From NCBI GenBank assembly GCA_963737905.1, contig CAVTUQ010000008.1, positions 32,001 to 96,000 on the forward strand: a stretch of DNA of 64,000 bases. Direction: 5' to 3'. The translations under genes and the position numbers were made by a program. Source of the DNA: an uncultured delta proteobacterium. Lineage in GTDB: Bacteria; Desulfobacterota; Binatia; UBA9968. Shown here in pieces: positions 19,652 to 30,131 of this stretch. The notes under the pieces are model-generated. The model had not been told where the DNA came from. It saw nothing but the letters and a program-made list of their open reading frames with translations, and searched no databases. The stretch's first letter is position 1. Every line of letters begins with the position of its first letter.

Positions 19652-19688
19652 TGCTTAGGATTTGGGCACGTTGCGTAAATCCTGAGCA
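19652..19688. promoter_or_regulatory. Tandem NtrC-type enhancer sites (TGC-N11-GCA x2)
   Basis: TGCTTAGGATTTGGGCA and TGCGTAAATCCTGAGCA with starts 20 bp apart. Confidence 0.65.
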
Positions 19689-19810
19689 CTCGTTTTGAGC
19701 ATTCGAATCACACAAGACCGTCAACAAGCATCAGGCATAGCGATAAAAAACTCATAAAAATAAATGTTTAAGCGTGGAAAAAAGCTAAAAATAATTGTCT
19801 CGATAAGTCA

Positions 19811-19826
19811 CGGCATATGCGTTGCT
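19811..19826 (+). promoter_or_regulatory. Sigma-54 promoter of PII-amt operon 1
   Basis: CGGCATATGCGTTGCT, GG-N10-GC. Confidence 0.8.
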
Positions 19827-19835
19827 AAGGGTTAA

Positions 19836-20219
<384 letters not shown>

Positions 20220-20246
20220 CAAAATAAAGATAGAGGAGGACGAATA

Positions 20247-21719
20247 ATGAAACGTGATTTTTGCAAGCGCTTTGGCGGGTTTTTGCTGCCAGGAATTCTC
20301 GCCTTGATTCTGATTCCCGCATTGGCTTACGCGCTGGACGGCAAGATTTTCAATGCCGAAGCCAAGAAATTGGAAGCCGTACCGGAAGCCAAGTTTTGGG
20401 TGGACACGATATGGACGGTCATCACGGCGATGCTGGTCTTTTTCATGCAGGCCGGCTTTGCCATGGTGGAAGGCGGATTCACGCGAGCCAAGAATACGGC
20501 GAATATCATGATGAAAAATTTCATGGACTTCGCCATGGGATCACTCGCCTTTTGGCTGATCGGCTTTGGCATCATGTTCGGCAACGGCAACGCCCTCTTC
20601 GGCACCACGGGATTTTTTGTGACGGCCGGTACCGGCGCGCTTTATGATGCCCTCAACTGGACAAGCGTACCGACTTTGACCGCGTGGTTCTTCCAACTCG
20701 TCTTTGCGGCGACGGCAGCGACTATTGTCTCCGGGGCGATGGCCGAACGAACAAAATTTGTCTCGTATCTGATCTATAGTTTTTTTATTTCTTTAATTTT
20801 CTATCCGATCGTCGGTCACTGGATTTGGGGTGGTGGCTGGCTCGCCAGCATGGGCATGCTCGACTTTGCCGGCTCAACTGTCGTTCACTCGGTGGGAGGA
20901 TGGTTTGCGCTGGTCGGGGCCATCATGTTGGGTCCCAGGTTGGGAAAATACGACAAGTCGGGAAAGCCTCTCGCTATACCTGGCCACAGTCTCTCACTGG
21001 CCACCTTGGGGACTTTCATCTTGTGGTTTGGTTGGTTTGGTTTCAATCCCGGTAGCACCATGGGGGCCGATGTGGAAGCGATCTCGCTCACGGCCACCAA
21101 CACCAATCTCGCGGCGGCGGCAGGCGGAATTTCAGCGATGCTTGTGTCATGGGTCCTGTTTAAAAAGCCTGATCTTTCTATGGCACTTAACGGTGCCCTC
21201 GCTGGTCTCGTGGCCATCACGTGCGCCTGTGCTTTTGTCGATCCGTGGGCATCGATTGTATTCTTTGGTGTCGTCCCCGGGGCCGTCGTCGTGCTGTCCG
21301 TTATAATGTTCGACAAGATCAAAGTTGACGATCCGGTCGGGGCCATTTCCGTACACGGCGTTTGCGGTTCATTGGGAACGCTTCTTCTAGGGTTCTTTCA
21401 TACCAAACTAGGGTTTTTGTACACCGGTGCAACAGACTTCCTGTTCACACAGGCAGTGGGAGTAGCGAGTGTCTTTGCGTTTTGTGTGGTTGGTGCGTTG
21501 CTTCTTTTCGGATCGATCAAAGCTATTGTCGGATTACGTGTTTCGGAAGAAGAAGAAATCGAAGGCCTTGATATCAATGAACACGGCAACATCGCATATC
21601 CGGACTTTGTATCGACGATGTCAGGACTGTCCAGGTCGTTCGCTTCCCCTGCAACCGGAATGGGGCAGCAGGCTGCTCATCCTTCGGCAGTGGTATTGAC
21701 TCAGGAAACGGGCAAATAA
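20247..21719 (+). CDS. amtB: Ammonium transporter
   Basis: FMQAGFAMVE, FQLVFA, GAMAER, DFAGSTVVH, WFGWFGFN, DDPVGAISVHG. Confidence 0.95.
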   Translation: MKRDFCKRFGGFLLPGILALILIPALAYALDGKIFNAEAKKLEAVPEAKFWVDTIWTVITAMLVFFMQAGFAMVEGGFTRAKNTANIMMKNFMDFAMGSLAFWLIGFGIMFGNGNALFGTTGFFVTAGTGALYDALNWTSVPTLTAWFFQLVFAATAATIVSGAMAERTKFVSYLIYSFFISLIFYPIVGHWIWGGGWLASMGMLDFAGSTVVHSVGGWFALVGAIMLGPRLGKYDKSGKPLAIPGHSLSLATLGTFILWFGWFGFNPGSTMGADVEAISLTATNTNLAAAAGGISAMLVSWVLFKKPDLSMALNGALAGLVAITCACAFVDPWASIVFFGVVPGAVVVLSVIMFDKIKVDDPVGAISVHGVCGSLGTLLLGFFHTKLGFLYTGATDFLFTQAVGVASVFAFCVVGALLLFGSIKAIVGLRVSEEEEIEGLDINEHGNIAYPDFVSTMSGLSRSFASPATGMGQQAAHPSAVVLTQETGK

Positions 21720-21739
21720 TAAAAGAAGAGAGCCGTTTC

Positions 21740-21775
21740 CCGTCGGCTGGCTCCATAATCGGAGCCAGCCGACGG
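21740..21775 (+). terminator. Strong hairpin after amtB1
   Basis: 15-bp perfect stem CCGTCGGCTGGCTCC/GGAGCCAGCCGACGG; no clear U-tract. Confidence 0.5.
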
Positions 21776-22195
21776 AAGGAAAGCCTACCCAGAGTTCTTT
21801 GCAATGATGATTCAGTGCCGGCCCAGTTTGGTTTCCCGTCTCAAAGGCGTCGTTTCTTAGGCACGATTGCTTCTCCTTCAAATCGCGGCGACTGCCGAAT
21901 CTCCAGTGGGCAATCATGCCGCGGTCGGCGATTCTAAAGTGCGGCAAAGTGCGCTTAACTCGTTGGCAGCTCATGCCAAGGGCGTGAAATCGCGCAATTT
22001 GATTATCCGTTCTAAATCGGCTAAACCGTCGATCGGACTCGCGACAGGTTTGCGCCGCGATTACCGGAGTTCGATGTGAAAATCCGGTTTATTGATTGAT
22101 CGAATTCGGCACCAAATCTTCTTGAGCGGTTACAGTGGCTCAGATCGTAAATCGATCGAAGACGCGATTGTCGCGAACGGTTAGAGCGAGCTTAC

Positions 22196-23758
22196 ATGAA
22201 GCCTTCGATTACGATCAAAAAGCGCCGGTTGGCGCCCGGACCATCAGGCGAGTATGATGCCTCGTTTAAAGAGTACGTCATCGCGATCGTTCTCCCTTTG
22301 CTCGTAACCGCTGGGTCATTGGTTCTCGAGTCGGTCGCCGGCCACAGCGCGGTTCCTTCCCTGTATCTCCTGTTGGTCGTTGTTCTCGGACTTAGATTGA
22401 GTCGAGGTCCGGTATTAGTCGCGGCCGTGAGCAGCGCGCTGGCGTGGTATACGGTGTTCATCCCACCGCGTTTTGCTTTTCATATCGGCACTCTCGAGGA
22501 GATGCTGATCTTTAGCACCTTCTTCGCGGTGGCGATGGCGATGGGACACTTGACGAGCCGGCTACGTTTGAGCGAGATGGGCGAACGAAGGCGACAGCAG
22601 CGTACGGCCGCGCTTTACCAGCTTGTGCATCAAGCGGGCCTGGCACCCGATCTTAACAGCGGACTCAGCGCGGCGATCAGGCTCATCGAGACGCTCTTCG
22701 ATGTGCGCGCCGCCCTTTTACTGCGTCGCTCAGATCATACACTGGCTGCGGAAACGCATACGGCCAGTTCTTTTGCACTTTGCGAAAGGGAATACAGCGC
22801 GGCAATATGGGCCTTCAGCCATGGGACGCCGGCAGGAAAGTTTACCGACACCTTTCGGGATTCGGAGGCCCTGCATCTACCGCTTCAAGCGGGCACCACT
22901 GCTGTGGGCATCCTGTCAATCCTTCCCTCTCCTGGAACAAATCTCGATCTTCCAGAAAGGGAGTTGCTGGAAACATTCGCCGTGCTCATCGGGACAATCC
23001 TGGAGAAAGACCATCTGCTCCAAGACCTCAAGCACGCGGAAATCCTTGAGGCCTCGGAGCGCCTGCACCGCGCGCTTCTGCAAAGCGTTTCGCACGAGCT
23101 CAAGACTCCTTTATCGGCGATCCAAACCGGCATTGACGCTCTCGGGAAGCAAGTGGGCAGCGGCGAAGAACGACGACAGATGACCCTTCGGGAGATCCAG
23201 CAGGCGCTGCGGCGCCTTCACCGCGTAATCAACAATTTGCTGAATATGACCCGCATCGAATCAGACGTGATTTATCCAAAGTTGGACTGGTGCGAAGTTG
23301 GCGAACTTATTCAAGCTGCCATCGATCTCGCTGCCGACGGCATCGGCGATGATCCGATCGTAGTGGAAATAGACGGAGATCTGCCGATGGTCCGGGTGGA
23401 TCAACCCCTCCTGGAACAATGTCTCTGCAATCTTTTGCTTAACGCCGCTTCCAATAGCCAACCGAGAACAAAGGTAATTATTCGCGCGGGAGTCGCCGAT
23501 AACCGGTTGATCCTCTCGGTGCTCGACGAGGGCAAAGGAATCCCTGAGTCGGATTTGCCGCGCATCTTTGAAACCTTTCACCGTGGAGTAGAGGCCCCTC
23601 CCGGTGGCACCGGGCTCGGCCTTGCAATCGTGGACGGCTTCGTGCGGGCGCACGGTGGAAGTGTGGCCGCAACTAATAGACAGCCGCGGGGGGCAGAATT
23701 CGTGATAACGATTCCGGTTGAGACTCTGCGATTGGATGCACTGGAGAGCTTGGCGTGA
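22196..23758 (+). CDS. KdpD-like sensor histidine kinase (DUF4118-GAF-HK; lacks N-terminal KdpD and Usp domains)
   Basis: 4-TM region with FIPPRF, H-box VSHELKTPL, NLLLNA, DEGKGI, GTGLGLAI. Confidence 0.88.
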   Translation: MKPSITIKKRRLAPGPSGEYDASFKEYVIAIVLPLLVTAGSLVLESVAGHSAVPSLYLLLVVVLGLRLSRGPVLVAAVSSALAWYTVFIPPRFAFHIGTLEEMLIFSTFFAVAMAMGHLTSRLRLSEMGERRRQQRTAALYQLVHQAGLAPDLNSGLSAAIRLIETLFDVRAALLLRRSDHTLAAETHTASSFALCEREYSAAIWAFSHGTPAGKFTDTFRDSEALHLPLQAGTTAVGILSILPSPGTNLDLPERELLETFAVLIGTILEKDHLLQDLKHAEILEASERLHRALLQSVSHELKTPLSAIQTGIDALGKQVGSGEERRQMTLREIQQALRRLHRVINNLLNMTRIESDVIYPKLDWCEVGELIQAAIDLAADGIGDDPIVVEIDGDLPMVRVDQPLLEQCLCNLLLNAASNSQPRTKVIIRAGVADNRLILSVLDEGKGIPESDLPRIFETFHRGVEAPPGGTGLGLAIVDGFVRAHGGSVAATNRQPRGAEFVITIPVETLRLDALESLA

Positions 23759-24459
23759 ACGAAAAGGCAACCGCACTGATCATAGACGACGAGCCGCAGA
23801 TTCGCAGGCTGCTCCGCATTGTTCTGGAGCAAGAGCATTACCGTGCGCTGGAATCCGATAGCGGCCGCCACGGCCTTTCTGAGGTAGCGCTTCGTAGACC
23901 GGATGTCGTGCTATTGGATTTGGGGTTGCCGGACATGGACGGGTTGGAGGTGCTTAAACGGGTGCGCCAGTGGAGCCAGGTACCGGTGCTGATTCTCTCC
24001 GTAAAAGACAGCCCGGAGGATAAAGTTGCCGCTTTAGACGCCGGGGCGGACGACTATGTGACCAAGCCCTTCGAAGCCACCGAACTTCTAGCGCGGCTGC
24101 GGGCGATCCAACGGCGCGCTCCTGCCGGTACCGAGAACGCCCACTTCGAAGCTGGCCATCTCGCCATCGACTTCAGCAGTCACACTGTGACGGTCGAGGG
24201 CCGGGAGGTCAAACTGACTGCGACCGAGTATGCGTTGCTAAAGCTGCTGGCGCTGCACGCCGGAAAAGTTGTTACCCACAAGCAGCTGCTACGTGAGGTG
24301 TGGGGACCAAACGCGGAAGAGCAGTCGCAATATTTACGAGTTTATATGATGCATCTACGCAAGAAGATCGAAATTTCCGCAGGACCCGAAAGACTCTTAA
24401 GAACGGAAAGCGGGATCGGTTATCGTCTTGTAGCTCCACCGCACACGCCTCAGGGCTGA
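23755..24459 (+). CDS. kdpE: KdpE-like OmpR-family response regulator
   Basis: DDEPQI, LDLGLPD, GADDYVTKPF, THKQLLREVWG, YLRVYM, GIGYR; overlaps the kinase stop. Confidence 0.88.
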   Translation: MNEKATALIIDDEPQIRRLLRIVLEQEHYRALESDSGRHGLSEVALRRPDVVLLDLGLPDMDGLEVLKRVRQWSQVPVLILSVKDSPEDKVAALDAGADDYVTKPFEATELLARLRAIQRRAPAGTENAHFEAGHLAIDFSSHTVTVEGREVKLTATEYALLKLLALHAGKVVTHKQLLREVWGPNAEEQSQYLRVYMMHLRKKIEISAGPERLLRTESGIGYRLVAPPHTPQG

Positions 24460-24589
24460 AGAGCTAAGCCGCTATTGTAGTGCCCCTAAGGCTTCTTTGC
24501 GTATAAATGCTTCGAGAGGGGCGGGCCTTCAGTCACATAGATAACTCTCCTGATTGGTTATTTCACGAACCTTTTCGGTGAGGTTTTGC

Positions 24590-24626
24590 TGCTTAGGATT
24601 TGCGCAGCTTGCTTAAAGCGTGGGCA
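24590..24626. promoter_or_regulatory. Tandem NtrC-type enhancer sites
   Basis: TGCTTAGGATTTGCGCA and TGCTTAAAGCGTGGGCA with starts 20 bp apart, followed by an AT-rich tract. Confidence 0.65.
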
Positions 24627-24759
24627 ATTCATTTTGAACTGTCTGATGTTGTCCAAGGGGTATTAGCGCAAGTGATGTCATAAAAAATTAATAAAAATTT
24701 ACTTTACTAAAATTAAATAAAAATAAAAATTACTTGTCACCGCTGATATTAACCTACTA

Positions 24760-24775
24760 TGGTATATCTGTTGCT
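24760..24775 (+). promoter_or_regulatory. Sigma-54 promoter (distal) upstream of PII copy 2
   Basis: TGGTATATCTGTTGCT, GG-N10-GC. Confidence 0.7.
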
Positions 24776-24933
24776 TGCTCAGCGACGAAATTTTCATCCA
24801 CCAATCGGTCAACGACCGGCTCAATCATTAAGCAACTCAGCATGAGTGCGCGGATCACGTTTTTTTGCGTGATCTGAAAAAAATCCTCAATCATTTCCAG
24901 CTTTATTATCCCGCGTCCCGCGACGAGCGATGG

Positions 24934-24949
24934 TGGCATCGCGCTTGCT
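24934..24949 (+). promoter_or_regulatory. Sigma-54 promoter (proximal) upstream of PII copy 2
   Basis: TGGCATCGCGCTTGCT, GG-N10-GC. Confidence 0.75.
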
Positions 24950-24983
24950 CCTAGCAGCGCAAGGGTTGGCCGGTTCGCCGTAG

Positions 24984-25352
<369 letters not shown>

Positions 25353-25381
25353 GAGAACAGACTAGGAAAAGGGGAGGAAAA

Positions 25382-27145
25382 ATGGAACGAGGAAAATATA
25401 GGACTATCTTTGCGTCCTTGGTCGGAGGGCTTTGGATGTTATTGTTTATGGGGTTTTCATTTGCTGCCGAGGAAGCTCCGCCACCGGCGGGTGGAGAACC
25501 GCCAAAAGCCGAGGCTCCAGCGGCTGCACCCGCGGTGCCCGCGCCAAAGCTGCCGCCGTATTTTACGGCCACGAGCCCGGACCCCAAGACGACGTTGTGG
25601 CCGGATCCGACAGGTGCAAACTCCGGTGTCTGGGCGGCGCCGGCCGGAGACGGCAAAGGAGATCTCCCGGAGAAGCTGTCCGTTCAAGACGTCTACGACC
25701 GGATGGCGCACAACCTGTTCGCGATCAATTTTGTCTGGGCGCTTGTCACCGGCTTTCTCGTCATGTTTATGCAGGCGGGCTTTATGATGGTCGAGACCGG
25801 TCTATGTCGCGCGAAGAACAGCTCCCACACCGCAGCGATGAATCTGATGATTTACCCACTAGGTGGACTCGGGTTTTGGATCTATGGCTTTGCGATCGGC
25901 TGGGGCAACTGGTGGAACGGACCGGTGCCCCCAGGTTGGTTTGCCTCTCTCGGTCCCGGTCTGTCGATGTTGAATGGCGGTTGGGGGTTGGGTGCGGCGG
26001 TGGACGCTGCCGGGAAAGCTACGGGGGCATTCACGTATGGCATCATTGGAACGACGGGTTGGTTTCTCACGGGCGTCGCCAATGACGTTGCCGTCATGGT
26101 GCTTTTCTTTTTTATGATGGTCTTCATGGATACGACGGCGACGATTCCCACTGGAGCGATGGCCGAGCGCTGGTCATGGAAGAATTTCCTTCTCTACGGC
26201 TTTTGGGTAGCACTTCCCTATTGTATCTATGCGAATTGGCTCTGGGGTGGCGGTTGGCTAGCGCAAGGTGGCATCAATTGGGGTCTTGGGCATGGAGCGG
26301 TGGACTTTGCCGGTTCGGGTGTTGTTCACGCGATGGGGGGGATCATTGGGCTGGCTGGCGCGATGGTCATCGGTCCCCGTATTGGCAAATACGATTCGCA
26401 AGGCCGGCCGAAGGCCATGCCTGGCCATAGCGTACCGATGGTTGTAGCAGGTACCTTTATCCTAGCTTTTGGCTGGTTTGGGTTTAACCCGGGTTCTACC
26501 CTTGCCGGTACAGATCTACGCATCAGCTTCATCGTGGTGAACACGATGCTCGCCAGCTTTACCGGATCTCTCTTCGCTATGTTTACGCTCATGGCCAAGG
26601 GGCTCAAGCCAGATACGACAATGATGTGCAACGGTATGCTCGCGGGGCTCGTGGCAATCACCGCGCCTTGTGCATTCGTCAATCCCGTGGGGGCGGTGAT
26701 CATCGGTGCAGTTGCCGGTATCCTTGTCGTGCTCAGTGTTTTCTTCTTCGAAGCGCGTGGCATTGACGATCCGGTCGGCGCCATCTCCGTGCACGGTACA
26801 AACGGTCTCTGGGGCGTGTTGTCCGTAGGTATTTTTGCGACCGGCGAGTACGGCGCAGGCTGGAATAGCGTGGTGCGCGACGAGATGGTGAAGGTCTATG
26901 GTTCAGACGGCGTCCGCGGTCTCCTATACGGTGATTTCTCCCAGTTCATAATGCAGATCATAGACTGCGCGGTCGTTGCGGTGTTTGGCTTTGTCATGGC
27001 CTACATCTGGTTCAAAATCAGCGACCTGATTACGCCGATCCGCGTCAGCGTAGAAACCGAGACGGAGGGGCTCGACGGCCCAGAGATGGGCGTCCTCGGT
27101 TACCCGGACTTCCAGCTCCATCAGGGATCGAGGATTGTGGAATAG
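25382..27145 (+). CDS. amtB: Ammonium transporter with long N-terminal extension
   Basis: FMQAGF, GAMAER, DFAGSGVVH, FGWFGFN, DDPVGAISVHG. Confidence 0.93.
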   Translation: MERGKYRTIFASLVGGLWMLLFMGFSFAAEEAPPPAGGEPPKAEAPAAAPAVPAPKLPPYFTATSPDPKTTLWPDPTGANSGVWAAPAGDGKGDLPEKLSVQDVYDRMAHNLFAINFVWALVTGFLVMFMQAGFMMVETGLCRAKNSSHTAAMNLMIYPLGGLGFWIYGFAIGWGNWWNGPVPPGWFASLGPGLSMLNGGWGLGAAVDAAGKATGAFTYGIIGTTGWFLTGVANDVAVMVLFFFMMVFMDTTATIPTGAMAERWSWKNFLLYGFWVALPYCIYANWLWGGGWLAQGGINWGLGHGAVDFAGSGVVHAMGGIIGLAGAMVIGPRIGKYDSQGRPKAMPGHSVPMVVAGTFILAFGWFGFNPGSTLAGTDLRISFIVVNTMLASFTGSLFAMFTLMAKGLKPDTTMMCNGMLAGLVAITAPCAFVNPVGAVIIGAVAGILVVLSVFFFEARGIDDPVGAISVHGTNGLWGVLSVGIFATGEYGAGWNSVVRDEMVKVYGSDGVRGLLYGDFSQFIMQIIDCAVVAVFGFVMAYIWFKISDLITPIRVSVETETEGLDGPEMGVLGYPDFQLHQGSRIVE

Positions 27146-27250
27146 CAACGCCGAGAGCCGCGTTTCGCCCAAAATACGACTCTCACTGGTCCGTTGCATG
27201 ACAGCGAATTTTCCGATTCGGCTGAAACAATCTACTCGTGTTCATTTCGT

Positions 27251-27287
27251 TGGCTAGCATTTGGGCATGACGCTTAGTGTTTGGGCA
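27251..27287. promoter_or_regulatory. Tandem degenerate NtrC-type enhancer sites
   Basis: TGGCTAGCATTTGGGCA and CGCTTAGTGTTTGGGCA with starts 20 bp apart. Confidence 0.55.
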
Positions 27288-27380
27288 GTTTTCATGTGAA
27301 TCATCATCCCAGCACGTTCTCTACGACAGGAAAGTGGTGATTTTCAATAAGAAAAAGATTTGCTGATCCATGAAAGGCTG

Positions 27381-27396
27381 TGGCATGCGAGTTGCT
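27381..27396 (+). promoter_or_regulatory. Sigma-54 promoter of glnB-glnA operon
   Basis: TGGCATGCGAGTTGCT, GG-N10-GC. Confidence 0.82.
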
Positions 27397-27468
27397 GATT
27401 CAGGACTTATTTTCTCGAGAAAAGTTTCAGTCGAAAGTCTTCGCTCCCGGCTTCCATTTTTAGATTAA

Positions 27469-27825
<357 letters not shown>

Positions 27826-27941
27826 AACGACATCATGAGATCGATGGATATCTGGCAAGAAACAATGACCTAGAATCCTTGGCAGGCAAGGGACGAACAA
27901 CATTCCCAACGAGCAATAGTCAATTAGGAGGCAAATGTAAC

Positions 27942-29357
27942 ATGGCAGCCAAAGACGTACTGGAGCTAGTCAAGAAGAACAAAATAGAATTTGTGGATTT
28001 CAAATTTGTGGACGTGCCCGGGTTATGGCAGCACTTTTCGATTCCGGCGGCAGAGTTGACGGCGGACTTATTTGAAGACGGGATTGGCTTTGACGGCTCC
28101 AGCATACGGGGATTTCAGTCGATCAACGAGTCCGACATGCTCCTTATCCCCGACCCCGACAGCGCCATGATGGACCCGTTCACCGAGCATGTGACGTTGA
28201 GCTTAACCTGCAACGTCATCGACGCCGTGACCCGAGAGTCCTACAGTAGAGATCCCCGTTACGTAGCCCAAAAAGCGGAGAAATACCTAAAATCGACAGG
28301 AATAGCCGACATAAGTTACTGGGGGCCCGAGATCGAGTTCTTCATCTTTGACAACATTAGATTCAACCAAAGCACCAACGAAGGGTATTACTTTATCGAC
28401 TCCGAAGAAGCGTTTTGGAACTCGGGGAGCAATGACAAACAGAACCTGGGCTACAAGATCCGCTATAAAGAAGGCTATTTCCCCGTGCCACCCATGGACC
28501 AATACCAGGATCTGCGCTCCGAGATGGTCAAGAACCTAGAGAAATGCGGCATCAAGGTCGAGGTGCACCATCACGAAGTGGCCACCGGGGGACAGACCGA
28601 AATCGACATGCGCTATGGGACGCTCACGCGGATGGCCGACCAGGTTTTGCTGTACAAGTACGTGGTCAAGAACACCGCTCGAAAGCGCGGCAAAGTGGTC
28701 ACCGTGATGCCCAAGCCCCTATTCCAAGACAACGGTTCCGGCATGCACGTCCACCAGAGTCTGTGGAAGGCCGGCAAGAACATCTTCTACGACAAGAAGG
28801 GTTATGGATTAATCAGCGAGACCGCCAGATACTATATTGGCGGCTTAATTAAACATGCCCACGCGCTGTGCGGCTTTATCGCGCCGACAACCAACTCCTA
28901 CCGAAGGCTGGTTCCCGGCTACGAAGCGCCGATCAACCTTGTCTATTCAGCCCGTAACCGAAGTGCCTGTGTTCGAATCCCCATGTACTCGACCAGCGAG
29001 AAGGCCAAGCGGCTCGAATTCCGTACTCCTGATCCGAGCTGCAATCCTTATTTTGCCTTTCCGGCGATGCTGATGGCGGGCCTCGATGGGATACGAAACA
29101 AGATCGAGCCGCCCAAGCCCATCGACAAAGACTTATATGATCTGGAGCCGGAAGAGGCTGCCAAGATCAAATCGATGCCCGGGTCCTTGGATCAAGCCCT
29201 GGATGCGCTTGAGAAAGACCATGAATTCCTACTTCGAGGGGATGTGTTTACCAAGGATGTGATTGAGACCTGGCTTGACTACAAGCGTAAGAAGGAGGTC
29301 GATGCCATCCGGCTCAGACCCCATCCCCATGAATTCGCCCTGTACTTCGATATCTAA
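27942..29357 (+). CDS. glnA: Glutamine synthetase type I
   Basis: FDGSSI, HHEVATGGQ, DNGSGMHVH, RLVPGYEAP, NRSACVRIP, DLYDL adenylylation region; AGGAGG RBS. Confidence 0.97.
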   Translation: MAAKDVLELVKKNKIEFVDFKFVDVPGLWQHFSIPAAELTADLFEDGIGFDGSSIRGFQSINESDMLLIPDPDSAMMDPFTEHVTLSLTCNVIDAVTRESYSRDPRYVAQKAEKYLKSTGIADISYWGPEIEFFIFDNIRFNQSTNEGYYFIDSEEAFWNSGSNDKQNLGYKIRYKEGYFPVPPMDQYQDLRSEMVKNLEKCGIKVEVHHHEVATGGQTEIDMRYGTLTRMADQVLLYKYVVKNTARKRGKVVTVMPKPLFQDNGSGMHVHQSLWKAGKNIFYDKKGYGLISETARYYIGGLIKHAHALCGFIAPTTNSYRRLVPGYEAPINLVYSARNRSACVRIPMYSTSEKAKRLEFRTPDPSCNPYFAFPAMLMAGLDGIRNKIEPPKPIDKDLYDLEPEEAAKIKSMPGSLDQALDALEKDHEFLLRGDVFTKDVIETWLDYKRKKEVDAIRLRPHPHEFALYFDI

Positions 29358-29384
29358 ACCACACGCTAACGGACAGGGGGCCCG

Positions 29385-30131
29385 ATGGACGAGGTCCTAG
29401 TTTTTCAGCACGACCCGTTTGAGGGTCTGGGTTTTTTTGCGGAGGTATTGGAAAAGCAGGGAGCGAGTTTTCGAACGATCCGGCTTTTTCATGGCGAGGT
29501 GCCTGCCGAGGATTGGGAGGAAACCAGCGCTCTCATCATTCTTGGTGGGCCGATGAGCGTGTCTGACGAGGAACAATATCCGTTCCTTCGTTGGGAAAAG
29601 ACGATTATCCGCGCGGCCATAGACGACGCAGTGCCCCTCTTGGGAGTCTGTTTGGGTGCGCAGCTTATCGCGGCCGCTCTTGGTGCGGAGGTTCATCACG
29701 GACCGGTGAAAGAAATCGGTTGGTATCCGATTTCAATCACACCGCATGGGCAGGTGGATTCATCGCTTGGGTACCTTCCCGAAAACGCGGTGGTGTTTCA
29801 ATGGCACGGCGACGGTTTTGGTATGCCTGCCGGCGCGCAACGCTTAGCGTCGTCCACCTATTATGAAAATCAGGCGTTTCGCCTGGGCAAAAACATCTAT
29901 GGTCTCCAGTTCCATCTTGAGATGACGTCGGAAATGATTGAGCGATGGATCGATGAACGTTCCAAAGACCTCGCCCAGGTTCCTTACATTCATCCGGACA
30001 AAATAGTCAGTGATACCCAAAACTACCTGCCCACCTTGAAATATTACGCGGAAAAGTTTCTGTCAGAATTCATCCGTCGCGCGACCAAACCGAAAAACAT
30101 AAGAACAAAAAAAGGCCACGCAAAAGTATGA
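29385..30131 (+). CDS. Class I glutamine amidotransferase domain protein
   Basis: ILGGPMSV, GVCLGAQL (nucleophile Cys), QWHGD, GLQFHLE (His/Glu). Confidence 0.9.
   Translation: MDEVLVFQHDPFEGLGFFAEVLEKQGASFRTIRLFHGEVPAEDWEETSALIILGGPMSVSDEEQYPFLRWEKTIIRAAIDDAVPLLGVCLGAQLIAAALGAEVHHGPVKEIGWYPISITPHGQVDSSLGYLPENAVVFQWHGDGFGMPAGAQRLASSTYYENQAFRLGKNIYGLQFHLEMTSEMIERWIDERSKDLAQVPYIHPDKIVSDTQNYLPTLKYYAEKFLSEFIRRATKPKNIRTKKGHAKV

Noticed and set aside
21740-21775. AGCCAGCC inside the post-amtB hairpin as a HemP element
   Set aside because: Fully explained as one arm of a perfect stem, single copy, in a non-iron context
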